A stretch of 64,000 nucleotides of DNA from Paecilomyces variotii. Its lineage: Eukaryota. The position numbers were made by a program, and so were the translations under genes. Under the pieces are notes generated by a model. It ran no database searches. It was not told the origin of the DNA and saw only the letters and a list, made by a program, of their open reading frames with translations. Positions within the stretch are counted from its first letter, which is position 1. Every line of letters begins with the position of its first letter. This document shows, piece after piece, positions 40,046-53,300 of this stretch. Where the stretch lies: the NCBI GenBank assembly GCA_004022145.1, contig RCNU01000010.1; one strand, written 5' to 3'.

Positions 40046-40726
40046 GATGGGATGAACACCCTGCTGAAAACAGGAGTTCCGGAATTGAAACTTTTATTTC
40101 TCTCCTTCGACCGTGAGGTCACCGCAAGTTGTTCAGGCCAGGGACATTTGTCCGCATGTCAGAGGGAGACGTAGCCGTGTCAACGCGTGTACAGTTAGGG
40201 CGGTGAGGTGCGGCAGAATGTATGCCTACTACAGTACTTTAGGAGCCGATTACAACCTCGATACTATGACTCGATATGAAGCTGTTCGTAGGATCAATTC
40301 CTTCATTGTTCTTTTATATCCCGTTAATTTGCATGCTAGAAATGATACTGCTATTGCAACACCGGAACGCTCCTAACTGCAATATGTGATCCAGAAACAA
40401 TAAGGTGCCGCCACCGTTCAAGTGATACGCAACTAAGATAGAAGGAGGAGGGTATCGACCTGTGAAATACGAATCTAGAGAAGCCCAAACAAATCCGACA
40501 GGTCCATGAAAATAATATGTGGAGAGCTGGGATTCTATTCTTTTGCCGGCGACATACCACAGGAGTAGCTCGGCTAAGGTTAGTCCCGACTTAACTTAAT
40601 CGCCGAACGCTAAGAATGATAACCATCTCCCCGACATCCAGCATAACAGCTTCTGCTGGGCATTGTTGCGCTATAATCTCATTATCTGTTTTGATCCTGT
40701 GTGGTATATAAGTCGGTCATTTAGAA

Positions 40727-41898
40727 ATGGCCGCCAGAAATACCTTGCGACGAGCTCTGCTCTATGGTAAGTACCATCTGCTGAAGAGATCCTCGGGAGC
40801 TTTCCCCGCAACTGCTCTACAGCTTCCTCCGCTTCGAACTAGAGCATGGCCTGTCAAGCAAAGATAACAGAGAGTCCTAGACGCTAATAGCTTCTATAGT
40901 CCCCGGCTCATCACAGCGCTTTCTCGACAAATCACGTAGTCTAAAAGCCGACTGTGTCGCATATGATCTTGAGGACAGCGTCACTCCGCATAAGAAGGCG
41001 GAAGCGCGGAGCTTGGTGCGGAGAGCTCTCGATCAGCCCGCTCCGGCAAACATAAAAGAACGTGCAGTTCGAATCAATTCAGTCGATAGTGGTTTAGCTC
41101 TTGCAGACCTCACAGAAGTGGTGAGATATGCCGTATGCAGTTAAACAACCCGTATGGGTCATCTGGCTAATAATGTTTCGAATCAAACGGCAGCTTCAAT
41201 CACCCAACCTCACCACCCTCGTTATACCGAAAGTAAACTCAGCTTCAGATCTAACATTCGTGACTGACGTGATCACCCACACACTTTCAACATTGCCGCC
41301 AGAACAGCAAAACCCGAACAGACCCCCGATCTCTCTGCTCGCCCTCGTCGAATCCGCCAAGTCCATCACCAATCTCACGCAGATATGTTCTGCCAGCCCG
41401 CTTCTTCAAGGCCTCATCTTCGCCGCCGAAGACTTTGCTCTTGACCTCAGCATCACCCGTACCCCATCATTGACTGAGTTTCTCTTCGCGCGTTCCGCCA
41501 TCGCAACCGCCGCTCGTGCCGCCGAGCTCCCATCCACAATCGATCTTGTATGCACAGCATATAAGTCCAGCGATGGCTCCCCACCAGCAGTCTTGGAAGA
41601 AGAATGCCGTGGCGGCAAACGGCTTGGTTTCAACGGGAAGCAATGCATCCACCCCTCGCAGGTGGAAACAGTGCAGAGGATCTTCAGCCCAGAAACGGAC
41701 GAGGTAGAGTGGGCAGTGCGTGTCGTCATTGCAGATGAAAAAGCCGCGGCAGCAGGGCGCGGGGCCTGGACACTGGACGGCAAGATGATCGATGTCCCCG
41801 TGGCAGAAAAGGCAAAAGCGATCGTTCGGAGAGCCGACGCTTGTGGAATCAACATTGAGGAGATCCGGGAGAAGTGGAAGGGGCAGGAACCAGAGTAG
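40727..41898 (+). CDS. Citrate lyase beta-subunit-like (CitE/HpcH) protein; introns 40767-40899 and 41121-41193
   Basis: [42 protein letters not shown] and [10 protein letters not shown]. Confidence 0.92.
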
Positions 41899-42360
41899 AT
41901 TTGTGTAATGTCTTCAAGCAGAAGACGAAACCAAGAGGCTATAGTAGCTCATATTTATATCGAACCTTTCGATATTTTCACATATACGAGAAAGTACGTA
42001 CAAACGCACAATATTCTGTCTCTGATATTGAAGCATACATATATATCACCTTTATATAGAGTACAATTTCAATCCAAACAAGTCAATTTCCTCGAGTCAA
42101 GACTAGACTCTTGAAGTTACTATCCATCCAACACTGCCCCCTTTCCCTTCGCAGCTGGCTAGAGGTAGGTGTTTACTACATAGACCTAGGCCAGTGATTA
42201 AGTTCCAAAAGCTAGGTAGTTAGTTAACTACTCTTCATCTGGTCCCTCCGTACATACCATACAACCTCCTCCCTCAACGCAACCCACGTGATAACAAAGA
42301 ACACCCCCCTCCCCCCGACACTCCCCCCCAGTCACCAACACTCTATATATACCACAACAA

Positions 42361-42571
42361 AGGTTCACCCCCCAGTCAGGGAGTCCAGATGGTGTAGTGG
42401 TACAAAGCTAGTCCACCTCCATCTAGCTAGAGGTTTTCTGTTCGAACCTCGGAGAAGGCTCCTTGGATTTTCGAAGAAAAACCCTGCCCGCCAAAATAGC
42501 ATAGGCGGGGTTTTCGTAACACCCTCCATCTCTCGTCCTGTGGATGAGTGCCCGGGGGTGTGAGCTTTTTT
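42361..42571 (+). ncRNA. Putative RNA polymerase III-type structured ncRNA (or tRNA-derived SINE) with decayed tRNA-like head
   Basis: TATATA at ~42344, A-box TGGTGTAGTGG (42390-42400), B-box GTTCGAACC (42440-42448) and T6 terminator (42566-42571). It has several stems and 5'/3' terminal pairing but does not fold as a canonical cloverleaf. Confidence 0.65.
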
Positions 42572-42592
42572 GTATACAGTCCTTTGTTGTTG

Positions 42593-42643
<51 letters not shown>

Positions 42644-42644
42644 T
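42593..42644. repeat. (TTAT)13 microsatellite
   Basis: Perfect tetranucleotide repeat just downstream of the T6 run. Confidence 0.95.
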
Positions 42645-43533
42645 TGTTGGTATTGTGTTTGAGATTCTATGCGAAATTGTGAGAAGCCTTGAGCGTTCTG
42701 GATAACGAAGTGGTTGCGTTAAGGATATACTAAGTATTACTTCTTCTGCGAAGGGGTGCAATCGTTAGGAAGCATCTGTTCGAGTATTTTTGTAATTTTA
42801 ATCCAATTCTACTGCGACTTTCGGTTGTGTTTAGTAGGCTGTATTAATGGTTGTTATTTTGTCAATTTGATTTCTATGTACGGCTTCTACGCGAGTAAAT
42901 TATATATCCGAAGAGCCCCAGACCGAAAAGACGAATATTCTATCTGAATCTATAACAGAAATAGATTGTTACCAACCCCTCCTTAACCTTCATCGTCGCC
43001 TTCACTATACTGAGACCTGGATCCGAAAAGATAGAACATCCAAGAGTCATGATGCATATACCCATACGATACATGGCCACTTTATCTGTTAGGATCCTCT
43101 TGCCCAAGAAATCAATAGTGATGACGTAGACCAGCTGCAAGTCCCGAAAGAAGAGGATGGATCTCCCGTTGGAAGGACTGCTGATAGTGTCTCAGGACCC
43201 ATCATAGTGAACAGGATGGTATAAGTAAGGCGCTTAGAACGTCTACACTAAGGGGCAACCGGGCCGAGTTTTCGTTAGTCGACGCTCGTAACGAGTATCC
43301 AAGGGTGTCAGGAAGAGCAAGTCCGAGCCATAGGCGTTCTCAAAACTCCTATGATGTCAATTCACTTCTTTTATGGCGGTCTCTGGCAAACTGAGCAAGC
43401 AATAAAGACGAAAGCAGCAGCGAAATAAATGGGTATCCAGGTCGTCGGCTTTCGTTAAAATGTCAAATCAATTCCGATTGCTTGTTGAGAATCCCCGTGA
43501 GCCGTCGTCTCAGTTTATCAGTCGCTAGCAGGA

Positions 43534-45887
43534 CTATTCGGGCTTCTTAAGCGCGGCGTCCTCACGCTTCAGAAGCTGGACCTTCCCCATCGTTATGATA
43601 GGCGGGTCTCCGTCAGTCTCGGTATCATTCTTGGCACCTTCCTCGATCTCCCTAGCAAGACTCTTATCGTAGCTCGTGGGATCAATTCCCAAGACTCCAC
43701 CGACATATCCACCACGCTCACCGGGAACGCTGAATTCGCGGAAAACATACTTCCATTCGTTGAGCCAAATCTTAACGGCTTTTCCAACCTTATCCTTTCC
43801 ATTCTTCGAATGGTGGCCAGTTCCCGTGATGGCATACAGGACACGGCGGCCCTGTTTGGCGTGCTTGAGGAGGATCTTCTCGAGATACTCGACGGCTTCT
43901 TCGGGATGGAGACCATGCAGATCAACGTACAGCTCCTCAGTGGTGGGGTTAAGACCACTGTTTAGTAGATGTTTATTCCGCTCCTCGTAAAGATGGCGAG
44001 CTGCTTCGCGATGACATTTACGCATTGCCTCATTCTCTGCCTGGCCACGCAATGATAGGGCCTTAGCGGCTCGCGCATCATTACGATTCCAAGCTTGTGC
44101 GGCGCTAGAGGATAGGGTTTAGTGACGACCCATGAAGGAGTATAGGGACCTAGGAGTTGACTAGAGCATACCTTTGCAGAAACTTATTCCTGACGGTTCC
44201 ATGGCGGATGGCATCTGTGCGATATTTGATGTACTGTTGGTTGGCCCTGGCCCCTGTCTCTAGCCAGGGAATGTGCTTAGGGGCAGGTATTGCTTGTGCG
44301 GCCGCACTGTTTTCTCGGCTTTTGGGAGCTTCTTTGCTGTTTTTCGAGGAAGATTTACCCTTCCCAGGGCCAGGAGACGGAGACATGCGGACGACATCTG
44401 CAAGCGAGCTAGGCGTGCTTTCCTTGCTGAGGTTGCTCTCGCGAGTTTGATTTCCTCGTTTCCCTTTCTTTCCAGGATTTTTCGCACTCACCGCGGACAG
44501 GGTAGGGAAAGCATCGGGATCATCAACCGAAGGTGCTGTGGCGTTCACGTTCGAGTCCCTTTGCTGATGTCGACTAGTAGGTCGCGAATGGGGACGAGAG
44601 TTACTCCCATTTCTTCTTCCACCGCCAAATTGCCCTGGATACTTGTGCCCAGGGGGGGTAAGATTATTCGAATACTTGACATATGGGTTCATCCAGTGCT
44701 CTCCAGCGGCCGTCACAGGCTGCAAAGCAGGAAAAGCATCGTAGTTGTTGTCTATCTGGAAGGCCGGTTGTTGGCCTCCAGCTGATTGAGAATTCCCATC
44801 GCTCAAGCTCATGTTGCCGATAAGGGATGAGGGGTCATGTGAGAAAGGGCATCCATCTCCAGCAAGGCAGTTGCCCATCATCCAATACCTGCCCCGGCTG
44901 TTAGCTCTCATGGCTCTCTTGACTCTTCTATCTGTATCCTATTTGTACTTACTTGCAGACATGTGTAGTCAGATCGTGACTGAAACGACAGTCAGCTCGA
45001 AGGCACTGCCCTGTAGATAGCCAATACTTGCACACCACAGGACTTCTAGACTGGCCGGATGGGGTTGACGATCGCATATGCTCTACGCTCATGGACTTGC
45101 CTACCAAAATACGACCTTCCTCCGCTTGTTGGCTGGTGGAGTCAGAGCTCTGCTCCTGAGATAATGAAGCAATAGTGGCACCCAGGTCATAGCTATTGGC
45201 CTCCAGAGCGGCCTCGATCTCGTCGTTCGTTTTCTTGTCTCCCAGAACAGACCTTAATATATCATGAGGGCTCATATCGGGCACGAACTCCGGGGCTGCG
45301 GCGCTCAGCCCACCACCGGTCGAGCTAACTCCACCCACAGAAGACGTTGTACTGGCGGCATCATCCCCCACCAACCACTCGACATTGCTCTCGCTCCCAA
45401 AATCCCCATAGAAATCTGAGATCCCACTCTGGTCGGAGAACTCGTACGCATTCAGATTAGGCGAGTGTGGGATCGGTTGAGCAAGGGCCAGTCTAGGAGA
45501 AGGACGAGGAGAGGTGAAAGGAGAGGCTGTAGTAGAGCGTGGAGCGCGTGGAAAGCCACCGCGCGAAGGCGGGAGCCACGAGGAACTGGACGGGCTGGTG
45601 CCCATGTTTGGCGGCGAGGACAGAGGGGTCGAGGATCGTGCAATCTGCCATGGCGCAGGAGAAGAACGTCGGATGATCGTATGGCGTGCTGGAGGGAGCG
45701 AACCATCGGGCTGGGTGCTGTTTCTATGCCACCAGAGAACATCGAGGACGACATTCTCCAGTGAGCTGCCCGACAGTGACGTGTTTTCACGCAAGAACTC
45801 CTCCAGCTTCTCAACCTGCTCTTCTTCATCGATGTCCTTGTCCTGCAGGATGGGCAGACATTGCTCATAGATATCCTCCGCAACCAT
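43534..45887 (-). CDS. CCCH zinc-finger, DUF1771-like and Smr-domain protein; 2 introns
   Basis: CKYWLSTGQCLRADCRFSH and CKYWMMGNCLAGDGCPFSH fingers, a PAM2-like LSAAAPEFVP, and Smr motifs YVDLHGL and ITGTGHHS. Confidence 0.92.
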
Positions 45888-46649
45888 GTTGGGCGCGCAG
45901 TGATAGGCGTTAAAGGAGTATCGAAGCGGGGTCAGAATGGAGGAATGTGGCCCCTGGCGATGAGACACGAACGAGGACCAGCGTGATATTATATTATATC
46001 TCTGTCAAAGACCGGGATTCATGGCTTTCAAAAGCTGGACTCGTAAAAATAGAACGAAAGCACTGGGAAGATGGTAACTGGACCGGGGATAGGGCTCGTC
46101 CGGCAGCGGGCCGATCTCATCGCTGATCAGCAATCACAAAGAGACACAGGAACAATAGATCAAGCGCTGCAGCGGCCACGATCCACCTGCAGCACTGCTC
46201 AGTCTGTGTAGTGTGAGTCGAGGGATGATAAGCGATAGTAGATATCTATCTTTGAGGGGGGGCCAGGGTGATGAACGGGAGAGATGCAGCTTTAAGGGCG
46301 AGGTCGGGCGGAGGTCTAGGCGAACAACGAGCTCAGCAATGACCCAACCGGACAAAACAACGGGGTGATTAGTGCGCTAGATATAGCTGGCCATGAAGTG
46401 TCCTTTTGCGTACTGCTACAGTTGCTGTTCCCATTCCTGCAGCAGAAGTCCTTGACGCGAGCTGGCCTCTACAGACGGGGTAGAGCCAGCTGAGCCTACT
46501 CTGCCATCTCTCTCTTGGCGTACTTAGATACATGCTGGCTTGTCGCTGCTCAACCACGGGCAGAACCGGTCGGAATGGGGCGCCAGATGTGGGGGATCTG
46601 GATCTCTTGTCGCTACGGCGGTGGAGAGAGCCTCTGTTGCGCAGTTCTG

Positions 46650-46680
46650 GCGCTGAAGCAGCGCTGAAGCAGCGCTGAAG
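46650..46680. repeat. 11-bp tandem repeat (GCGCTGAAGCA) x~3
   Basis: Read directly. It lies in the divergent intergenic region between the Smr gene and TVP38. Confidence 0.9.
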
Positions 46681-47366
46681 GGTCGCTGTTGATAAAGCGA
46701 CTATCTAGTCTAGTAGAAACAATATCAGCAGGGGCAGGATGAGGAGATCGATCCTCCAGACCAGCACGGCGAGGATGAGAATTCCCTGGGGACTGTTAGT
46801 CTATCTATGGCGGGTTTACCATAGATACCTAGGTACCTGTGGATTTCCCCAGATGTAAAATATAGTTACAGTACCATACAGACGGATTACACCAAATACA
46901 CCCCTTGCGAGGCAGCAACATTTCGTAACGTGACCAGACCCTGACAGCCCTGTTGGTCGGGCGCTGTCGTTGCAGTTGCACCAGTGTCTGAGATGTTCGT
47001 GCATCAGACTCTCAACGTCGATCATCTATCCCAATACTCCCTTCTTACTAGATTCAATCTTCCTCATTTGAATAACATTCCCATCTGGTTCTGCACCTGC
47101 TTGGCCCCCATCAGCATTGCCTGTACTAAACACGTTAGTTGGATGCGCTGGGCTACCTAGGTTTCAGCTTACTGAGCCTCCCACAGCCACATCCTCATGT
47201 TCTGCCCATCCCCGGGGGCACCAGATAGCCCTCATCGTTAGACTTGATTTCAGAAATCTGCAAAAAGCTCGAATTTCCTTCCACTGGTTACATTTCAATA
47301 GCTTTCCCCCTCTTCACCAAGCCATCCATTCATCCTATCTCCGGACAACCTCCGGAGCGATTCGAC

Positions 47367-48756
47367 ATGCCGGCCGATTATCAGTCGACAGCTCGAGCTC
47401 TATTGCTTCCTCTTTCGCCCGCAGAATCCACATCGTCAACAATTGGTGCCGTTCGTCCACCATGGAGTCGCCCGGATGGCGACAGGCGGAATTCGATAGC
47501 TGCATCCCTCCAAGAAGCAGTTACTTTTCGCGACAAGCTCATAAGCTGGGCTGAAGGGACAGGTCGGCGCGTGTCAGAGACATGGAAGCGGATGAGCTTC
47601 TGGAAGAGAGTGGGAGCCGTTTGTGCTGCACTCGTCACGATTGCTATAGGCATAGCCTTCATGCTCCTCACTGGCAAGATATTCATCTGGGTAGGCCCGT
47701 TGGCAGAGAAATGGGAAAAGTCACCACTGGCATACTTTGTCCTCTGGTTACTCATCTTCGGAGTGTCCTTTCCTCCGCTTGTCGGATGGTCGACGCTAGG
47801 AACAATATGCGGTTTCGTATTTGGAATATGGAAAGGGTGCGCAATCACATCTACTTGGAAGATGCATATTGGCGCTGACATCTCTGCAGCTGGCTCATCT
47901 ACATGACAGCAACTGTCGTAGGCTCAACGTGCTCCTTCATAGTATCTAGAACAGTACTTTCGGGATTCGTGAAACGTCTGATGGAACATGACAAGCGATT
48001 TGCGGCCCTGGCTCTGACACTCAAGTACGATGGCCTGGCACTCCTCTGTATGATTCGACTCTGTCCTCTGCCATACTCCGTGTGCAACGGTGCCATATCA
48101 ACATTCCCGACAGTCCATCCTCTGATGTACGGGCTTGCTACGCTGATTATTTCCCCGAAGCTCCTGGTCCCTGCTTTCATTGGCAGCAGGTTGCGGATTC
48201 TGTCGGAGGAAAACGAAAAGATGGGCGCCGGCTCCAAAGCGGTCAACATTATCAGCATCATTGTTACAGTAGCAATCGGACTTTTTACAGGATTGTACAT
48301 ATATAGAAGGTATACCTACCGCAGCTGCAATCCTCGCCGTTTTGCGATATTCATGCTAACACATGCTCGTGAAATAGGACCTTGGCCCGGGCAGAGGAAC
48401 TCGAGGCTGAAGAGCGCGCTAACATCCGGAGTTCTTTACAAGCCGACCATGCTGCTCATCGGCCTCACCGTTCATTTTCAGATGACCCTGCGGTCGATGC
48501 TGCCGCGAAGACTCTCGCTCGTGATGAGGAAGAACGGATTGGCTTCCGTGATGATTTTGATGACGATGATGTTGACTTGGTTGTCGACGACAGTGACGAT
48601 GAAAATTCTCCTCATGCTCAGAAGCAAGGATTACCTAGTCCGTACCGTGATGAGTTTACTGATAACGACTCTGATGTCTTTGGCGCCGGAGATGGCGACG
48701 AACATGAGGCATATGGGTTACATACGCACGTGAGACGGGGCTCGGACATTTCTTAA
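47367..48756 (+). CDS. TVP38: Golgi membrane protein Tvp38 (SNARE-associated/DedA/VTT family); 2 introns
   Basis: [33 protein letters not shown] and SPKL, with an acidic C-terminal tail. Confidence 0.9.
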
Positions 48757-50380
48757 TTGTTATAGACATGGCATAATGGCCCGCTGGAGTTCTTATACTG
48801 GGTTGGAAAGGGACTATCGCATCTTGCATCAAATGACACGATATTCTTGGAATGTATTCGCTTTCTGGCTTCCTGGAGAAGTGCGAAAGAAAATATAGCT
48901 ATCAGGTAACATCCATAACAACGCTAGATCGAACGCACAAGACTAGACCGAAGATAGCCTAGGTACCTCTATTAGATCTTCGATGGCGTTTCTTTGTTAT
49001 ACATCTCGAGTTCGCTTATGTCCAAGGAAAGCCGTCGAAGTTCATTCGGCTTCATTCAAGTTAGCGCTGAGTGCCAAACGGGGTGCGACGGCCGGTCGTA
49101 GATTGCAGCTATACGACTCAGGGATTAGATAACTACTTAAAGAGTATAAGTCAGTAAAGAGATCGCATAGCTCGAGAAAGCAGTTCTCATTTTTTAGCAC
49201 TTACTCCTTGAAAGCCAGGGATCAATATGCTGGAAGGGTCTCCGTAGATGGAATCCATAAAACCCTTTCGCGGATGTATAAACAGACCCAGTGGACGTTA
49301 TGTACCTGTACGTAAGCGAATCTGTCTCATTTCAAGACATGAGAGAGTCTTGATGGCTCAATCGCGGTCGGTCAGTACGCATGACGGGACGGCAGTACCG
49401 CAATACAATTCAGATATACTACAACACAGCATCCCGTTCAAACCTAGAAAAATATCTTCACATCTGCGCATCATATCCATTACACCATAACGACGGCCTC
49501 GAGAGGGGAAAATATCGCGATCTCGGCATCGTTCCCTTCCGAAAGGAGTGTGGCGTGGCATGACGGCTCCCCTCTATATCCAATGTTCTGTGTTGGTCTC
49601 ATAGTCAGCCAAGTTAGCCGGAAGCATCAGGACTCGACATCAACTCGGCCCAAACGGGTAGGTGTCAAAGAAATCGTGGACTTGATTCATTGAACAATAA
49701 CATTCGAATTCCAACGTGGACGGGGTGAGGTCGAGTTCGAGTGCTGTAAGGTGCGGCTGCTCCCTTCTTCGGGCTGAGAAATACGCTAGCCCGGCTGAGG
49801 ATCCGTGAGTACATCCGAGAGGTAAAATAGAGGTTCAGTGCTCAAGCTTTTATCCAACTGCAAAGCCACGGCGGGATCCCCCCTCAAAGATGATGCACTG
49901 GCATTGAATGCGCCTTATTGTTCATTCGAAAGCTGAACCCGGGGGTTGTGGATGTCTCAGCGTCCCAACTAGTCCTGAATCGTCTCACATGTGTTCTAGA
50001 GACTGGTAAGCGTGTTCCCCCTCTTTTTCTTCTATATGCAAGCAACCCCACGAACCCCAACTGAGACTTTGTGTAAGACTCGAAAACATGATTGACGTAC
50101 ATATTTCTAATTCGTATACAGAGTACATTCGACATTGGGATCGGTCTGACGGCCACGCACTACCTATCATTGAGCAAATACGTGAAAAGTGGGCCCATCA
50201 TGGAGGTATCTGTCAACGTCTGATATCGCAGGCTACATCTGAAAGGCAATAATCAAGTTGTGTCCATAATCCAAGGGAAACACATATCCAGTGCTTGGGC
50301 GTGTGTATCAATCTCAACTTTTCAGTGCCTGGAACATTTCCTGGAGACATAGTCATCCCGCGAACCCCTTGCTGGCAAAT

Positions 50381-53300
50381 ATGGAAGCCTCTTCTACTCT
50401 CAAGACCCAGGGTCTTCAGGATCTGCCCGGTAGATCAGTGCCCTTGGCTGAATTCTTACCCAATAACCAAAGTGACATCAATGAAGCAGCTCCAGCTCCC
50501 TCCCACCATGCTCCGGTTCCTGATACAATTTTCGAGATGCCGCCTGCAAAGCGGCGTCGGAGGTCCGGACAGGGCGATTCCTTTAACGGCGCCGACGGTC
50601 TCTCAACTGATATTGGAAGTCCCTTTTCATATCCTCAGAGAGTAAACATCAAAGAAGAGATGGAAGGAGCGTCACAAAGCACAGGTCGTGCATCCCGCAG
50701 TACGGAACAGGACACGAGTCATCACACGCCAAGTGACTCGATGACATCGGCATCGATGTTTTCGCCCCATCCGCAGAACAAGTCGGCATCTCCTTTGACC
50801 TTTGTCCAGACCTCTTTTGAATCTGTTTCCTCAGTGAAGCGCACAGCGTCAAAATTGGACTTTGAGAAATACCGACCTCGGTCGTCCATACCCACAGGGC
50901 TTCCTGCTCCTGTCTATGCTCAACAATGTGTCGCTGCAGCATATGCATCAAGGTTAAATCCGTATGCTTTACATAAGAATGAGCAGGCATACTTGCAGGA
51001 TCAACTATGCCATATCCATGTTACGACTTATCTCAACATTCGAAATGGGATACTTCGTCTCTGGACTCGCAATCCAATGGTGAGCGTCACGAAAGAAGAA
51101 GCCCTTGGTTGCGCGAAGGATTACCGCTGGATGAATTTGGCCGCTTTCGCCTACGACTGGCTTGTGCGAAACGGGTACATCAACTTTGGCTGCGTAGAGA
51201 TCCCCAAAGCTCTAGTTCCGCCCAAACGAGGGCGCCGAAGAGAAGGACCAGTCATTGTTGTTGTTGGCGCTGGAATGTCAGGTCTCGGCTGCGCGAGACA
51301 GCTGGAAGGTCTTTTCAGTCAGTACAGGGATAGCTCTACCTCTCCCCGCGTGGTGGTGCTCGAGGGAAGACGAAGAATCGGAGGTCGTGTTTATTCTCAT
51401 CCTCTAAAGAGCCTCCAGAGTACCCTTCCGCAAGGTTTAAGATCTACAGCGGAAATGGGCGCGCAGATCGTTGTTGGCTTCGACCACGGCAACCCGATAG
51501 ACCCGATCCTTCGCGCGCAGTTGGCCTTGCGCTACCATCTCCTCCGCGATATATCGACCATATACGATATAGACGGGAGTCCGGTAGACGAAGTCAGGGA
51601 TGCGATGGATGAGAGGCTGTATAACGACATCCTCGACCGCTCTGGGCTGTATCGGCACAAGGCTGTCGTCCAGCCGACCGCTGAAGGTGATAGGGAGGCG
51701 ATCGATACTGGTCGGGACGTGTCTGCCGACGATGGAGTGACGGTAAAGCAGTACGAAGAAGCCAGAGCCGCAGGTACTATTGATTTATTGGTGCCTTCAA
51801 AACGCGTCCGACGCGGCGTTGGCCACAAAACTGCAGACATCAAGCCTGCTGGGCCACCTATGGCAGATTTGGGACCAACGGAAGAACAGCCAGCAGCATT
51901 CACGTGTCAGACCATGGGGTGGAAGTTAAGGGATGGTGTTTCGCAGAGAGACTCAATTAACCTAGATGCTATTGCCAAAGCGAGCAACCACCAGACGTTA
52001 GGAGAAGTCATGGATGAAGGAGTCAGGCAATACCAGCGCATGCTTCCGCTGACTCCAAAGGATATGAGACTACTCAATTGGCATTTTGCAAATCTTGAAT
52101 ACGCGAATGCTTGCAATGTTGGGAATCTCAGTCTTTCTGGGTGGGATCAGGATATTGGAAATGAATTCGAGGGAGAGCATGCGCAAGTGATTGGGGGATA
52201 TCAGCAAGTCCCGCAGGGAATATGGTCTTTTCCCAACAAACTCGATGTTCGCAGAAACAAAATAGTCACAAAGATATCCTACAGCCCTTCTGGAACTTCC
52301 AACCATAAGGCATTAGTGCACTGCGAGGATGGAGAGACCTTTGCAGCAGACAAAGTGGTCTTTACGGGTTCACTAGGTGTGCTGAAACACCAGACTGTGC
52401 AATTCGATCCCTCACTTCCTGATTGGAAGAAGGGTGCTATCGAACGTCTCGGTTTTGGTGTCATGAATAAGGTGATACTCGTGTTTGAGAAGCCATTCTG
52501 GGACCTCAGTAGAGACATGTTCGGGCTTCTCCGCGAACCCACCAACACTGACAGCATGGTTCAAGCGGACTACTCAGCCAACAGGGGTAGATCCTATCTC
52601 TTCTGGAACTGCATGAAGACGAGTGGTCTTCCAATGCTTGTTGCGCTGATGGCAGGTGATGCAGCATACCATGTTGAAAGGACCCCGGATTGTGAGATAA
52701 TTGCAGAGGTGACCTCACAGCTTCGAAATATTTTCAAGACCGTTAACGTCCCTGATCCTCTGGAGACAATCGTCACACGATGGGGAACAGACCGGTTCAC
52801 AAGAGGCAGTTATTCCTCTGTTGCTCCAGAGTCTTTGCCTGGTGACTACGATCTCATGGCGAAATCGGTCGGTAATCTATATTTCGCGGGTGAAGCAACC
52901 TGTGGCACTCATCCCGCGACTGTCCACGGTGCGTATATTTCTGGGCTCCGCGCTGCGTCCGAGATCATCGAGTCTATCATTGGACCTATTGAGGTGCCTA
53001 CTCCTCTGGTCCCTGAAAAGGGCAGACAGTCAGAAACAGGCACGCCTGTGCTAGCAGGGCAGAAAAGGAAGGAGTCAGCAGCACCCTCTACAACTGCTAT
53101 CCCAGCTACCACACATGCAGCACCTGCGGTATCTTCCATCCAAGCCCGGAGCAACAACTCCTTCCCATCAGAAGCAGCGCTCCGCCAGGCTTATGATGAG
53201 GCAATGTGGGTAGCCATCTACGGCGAGCTCGGCCACCCAGAACCTCGTCCCGCCAAAATGAGCCTGAATCCTTTCCTTCTGTATCAGAAAGACTACTGGC

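Noticed and set aside
42383-42460. Canonical tRNA gene
   Set aside because: A and B boxes are present, but the acceptor stem (GTCCAGA vs AGAAGGC) and T stem do not pair, and the anticodon-like loop is 11 nt.
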